Shown here: in pieces, positions 60,468-64,000 of the stretch | How positions within the stretch are numbered: position 1 is the stretch's first letter | Layout of the letters: every line of letters starts with the position of its first letter | Assembly (NCBI GenBank): GCA_030324005.1 | Contig: JARDVH010000059.1 | Coordinates: 119,839,174-119,903,173 of the forward strand | Reading direction: 5' to 3' | DNA length: 64,000 bases | DNA from: Negaprion brevirostris | Lineage: Eukaryota | The notes under the pieces: model-generated | The model's input: the letters and a program-made list of their open reading frames with translations, nothing else | Told to the model about the DNA's origin: nothing | The model's database searches: none | Made by a program: the position numbers and the translations under genes

Positions 60468-60739
60468 GTGGCACTGCTGCCTCACAGTGCCAGGGACCTG
60501 GATTTGATTCTGGGCTTGGGTGACTGAATGTGTGGAGTTTGCACTTTGTCCCCGTGTCTGCATGGATATCCTCCCAGGTGCTCCAGTCTCTTTCCACAGT
60601 TCAAAGATGTGCAGGTTAGGTGGATTTGCCATGATAAATGTCCAGCGTTGTGGGCATAGGGCTGGGTGGGATGCTCTTTCAGAGAGCTGGTGCTGAACTG
60701 ATGGGCCAAATGGCATTCTTGCCGCACTGTTGGGAGTCT
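60468..60739 (+). mobile_element. HE1-type V-SINE (older variant)
   Basis: V-domain and the tail 'gatgggccaaatggcattcttgccgcactgttgggagtct'. Confidence 0.85.
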
Positions 60740-61343
60740 NNNNNNNNATATTGTCCTTGGAAAGGATCTATCAGGGCTATAATGTGAGAGGATGAGGAGA
60801 AATTACAAATGGCCCTTGCTTCCTGGAAGAAAAAAATGTTCATGAGTGATTTGACTGAGGTTGTATTTTGGAAGGAATTGATAAGATTGAGGCAAACATT
60901 TGCCCCATGGGAGAATCGAATATTTAGCTCCATAATTTTAAAGTCAAAGCTGGTACATTATGGAAAAAATTGTTCAGGCATAAACTGGTGGTGGAATGGA
61001 TCACTCTCTGTCGCAAAAAGCAGTCAGGTCAAGCTCACTTAATAATCTGAGATTGATGCCTTTTTGCTAGTCAATGGAGTAAAAGGATATGGAGCAATGA
61101 CAAGAGAAGATGGCATTAAGATACAGATTAGCTGTAATCTCATTGAACGGCAGAACAGTCTTGAGGGACTGATTTGTCTATACCTGTTCCTTGGTTCCTC
61201 TAATGTGTTGTTAGCCAGTGCATTGAACGTACTGCTGTGCTCCATCAATCTCAGCTGGGCTGTCGGGTCAAAACACTGAGCAAGGGTGAAACAAAATTGG
61301 TATTGACCTTTTATTTGTCTCCAATTCCTTGAGGTGAGTTGAA

Positions 61344-62407
61344 GCATTAAATACAAATCATCAGCTGAGGTAGCCTTTAAATGGGGAAGGGAAATGAAAC
61401 CTTTTTAAACAAAAGGAACAAACACAAATAATTCAACATTTGTGGTGGTTTAAATGACCCCTCATGTTTTTTTTTCCATATATTATATGCCAGCTCAAAT
61501 ATTCATGCCACACACACATTTTCTGTAAAATATTTCAGGGTAGAATTTTTACAAAATTATCTGCTTTTACCAGCACATTTGAACAAAATAAACCATTTTG
61601 ATTTGAAAGACGAATAATATCAAATGCAAGTTACATCCAATACAGATCGCGTTTTCACAAAATTTATGATTGTTTTTTAAAAAATTGAGCAGGAAATTTT
61701 TCTTGCNNNNNNNNNNNNNNNNNNNNNNNNNNNNNNNNNNNNNNNNNNNNNNNNNNNNNNTTTCTCCTTGGTCTAAAGATGCTTTTAAAATGTTTTTCAT
61801 ATAAAAAAATGTAATTTGCTGAAACAGTGACTAATCAAATGAACAAATCAGTTTGGCATCCATTTTCAAGTCATTTCAAATCAGAGTGGTCACAAGTGGC
61901 ACATTAGACACTGATTAACAAGACATTTTTGCGATAAACTTCATTCCAAGAGCCTTATTAAAATGATACCAGCTTATAACTCATAAATACATTACTACAG
62001 CTATAGCGGACATTATTTGTTGAGCAAGCCAAATCCCAGAGGGAAACTTGTCCCACGAGTCATAACCTTTTTTTAAAATTCTGTGTACAAGGAAAAGAAA
62101 TGATTGATCCTCGGACCATAGATTTCCAGTAACGTTTTGGGGATTTTAAAACTTAAAAGATTTGTTTTCAAGAAAAAAAACTAAGCACATGAGATCAAAG
62201 TTACACAGTTAAAGCAGCCTTAGAAAACATGACCACACGACCATCACCCTGCACCTCCCAGATGGTCACAATTCACAAATTAACACATTCTAGGCAACAC
62301 TCCTCTGCATTAAATACAAATCATCAGCTGAGGTAGCCTTTAAATGGGGAGGGGAAATTAAACCTCTTTTTAAAGGAACAAAAACAAATAATTCAACATT
62401 CGTGATG
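61344..62407. repeat. Pair of direct repeats of about 100 bp (61344-61447 and 62307-62407)
   Basis: 'gcattaaatacaaatcatcagctgaggtagcctttaaatgggga' is identical in both copies, and the remainder is similar. Confidence 0.92.
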
Positions 62408-62559
62408 ACGAATTTGGGCAAAATTAATCATTGTAGTGGAATAAAGTGAAAAAAAACTAAAAAATGCATATTCATTTTCTAACACATTAAAATATTGCAA
62501 ACTTTATTCTTTGCTTTAATACAAGTATACATATATCATAACAAATTAACTATAACACC

Positions 62560-63479
62560 ACGCTGAAAACCTTCAAAATCATTCCAAGCACCGTTTGAAT
62601 CACCACACAATTAATCCCAGAAGCCTGGATATGTAGCATCACCATATGGATCTTTGTCATCATCATCATCACCATTATTGATGTAGCCAATAATTTTGGC
62701 ACATCATTCCACAAATAATTGTCCTCTGCACTTTTGAGGACAATCAATGTTCCACATTTTAAAGCTGAGGTTTTTACAACATTGGAATTTGCTAATAAGG
62801 ATGCTCACATATTACCACCCTTGGTGAATGCTTTGTTTTGCCTTCCAATGTCCAATTGCTGTATATCTTTTTGGCTACTTTCCTCGCCATGTTTATTAGT
62901 CCACATATCCAGGGCTAAACAACACTCAGTAGACCACTGGGAATAACTACAATATCAGCACTGACTACATCATCCGTAAATTGGGATGTGAACATATCCC
63001 TGATAAGTAAACCTTTATCTCTGTCTAGTCCTGCTGGTCTCAAATTCCAAACTTATTTGATCGCTCCTTGAAACTGCCCTCATCCATCCACCATTTCTTG
63101 TGGACATGGGCAAAAATGCCTCTCTGAAATCTCTCTCGGGGTTTATGCTTGAATATTGCCATCAGTTTTAATTTTATGTCATATGCCACAAGATAGAACC
63201 ATTATGGATTGCAGCAGCTTATGGCCAGTCATCTTCACAGGGATGTTATATTATTCACCACTCTTGGTAATGGTCTTTTTTTTTGCTGGCACATTTAAGT
63301 TTATCAATGTTTCATTCATATTCATATTTCCAATGCAGACCAATTGTGATATTCTTCTCTGTGTTGGATGACAAAACAATCAAATTTTCTGATTGTATCA
63401 TCGTGTCCAGGTGGCAGGCATTGTGAATGTTTTGTTGCCTGATAGATGCCTTTTTGTCAATCCTGTGCACCATCTGGCA
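62560..63479 (-). pseudogene. Fossil pogo-family (POGK-like, DDE_1) transposase
   Basis: Collinear blocks across frameshifts: RWCTGLTKRH; CIGNMNMNETLINLNVPAKKKTITKSGE; VKMTGHK..MVLSC; KLKLMAIFKHKPRERFQRGIFAHVHKKWWMDE; VVIPSGLLSVV*P; AFTKGGNM; VVKTSALKCG..AEDNYLW; DDDDD; NDFEGF. Confidence 0.85.
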
Positions 63480-63537
63480 NNNNNNNNNNNNNNNNNNNNN
63501 NNNNNNNNNNNNNNNNNNNNNNNNNNNNNNNNNNNNC

Positions 63538-63870
63538 GTTGGGTTGGATGGCTTTATAAATTGGGGCATTGAATACAAAACACGGAAGTCGTGCTAAAGT
63601 TTTACAAATGACTGATTAAACCTAAACTGAAGTGTTTAGTGGAAACTACATGTTAGGGAGCTTATCAAGGCCTTGGGGTGGAGTGGAAGTTCACCAGGGA
63701 TAAGGACATTCAGTTTTGTGCAAGATTGGAGAAGCTGGGATGATTCGGTTCAGAGAATAGAAAGTTAAGATGAAGCCTAAAAGAGCCATAGTCAAATCTT
63801 TATGGGGGAATTGATAGAGCAAGTAGCAAGATACTGGTCCCTCTGGCAAGTGGACCTGTACCAAAGGTCT
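63538..63870 (+). mobile_element. CR1 3' fragment
   Basis: 'GFINWGIEYKTRK..LKFYK*LIKPKLK' and 'LEKLG' blocks. Confidence 0.72.
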
Positions 63871-63873
63871 TTA

Positions 63874-64000
63874 ATAGAACATAGAACAGAACAGCACAAT
63901 ACAGGCCCTTCTGCCCTCTATGTTGTGCCGAGCTATGTCCGAACCCAAGATCAAGCTATCCCACTCCCTATCATTCTAGTGTGCCCCATGTGCCAATCAA
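63874..64000 (-). mobile_element. CR1 3' tail (runs off window)
   Basis: 'atagaacatagaacagaacagcacaatacaggcccttctgccc'. Confidence 0.85.

Noticed and set aside
1-64000. CRISPR arrays, prokaryotic operons or viral genes
   Set aside because: No regularly spaced repeat-spacer structure or gene-dense coding sequence; the content is vertebrate repeat DNA.

Overview
Repeat-rich eukaryotic DNA, almost certainly from a cartilaginous fish (shark). The evidence is about 10 HE1-type V-SINE copies with the 'gcactgtagggattctatga' CR1/HER1-type tail, whose internal sequence resembles the carcharhiniform form as I recall it. The window is intronic or intergenic and has many N-gaps at repeats. No host gene can be identified with confidence; nearly all ORF-track entries are repeat-derived or spurious. 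The window holds decayed mobile elements: CR1, L2, Rex1/Babar and RTE LINEs, several Penelope-like families with decayed hammerhead motifs, HE1, a second V-SINE with a different tail, SacSINE1/DeuSINE relics, solo LTRs, and a fossil pogo (POGK-like) transposase. It also holds a fossil two-gene Harbinger (transposase plus spliced Myb/SANT gene, convergent) and many non-autonomous elements with GG...CC termini. A few unique stretches may be exons or enhancers but are speculative. All family calls come from motif recognition, not database searches. I found no convincing novel biological system.
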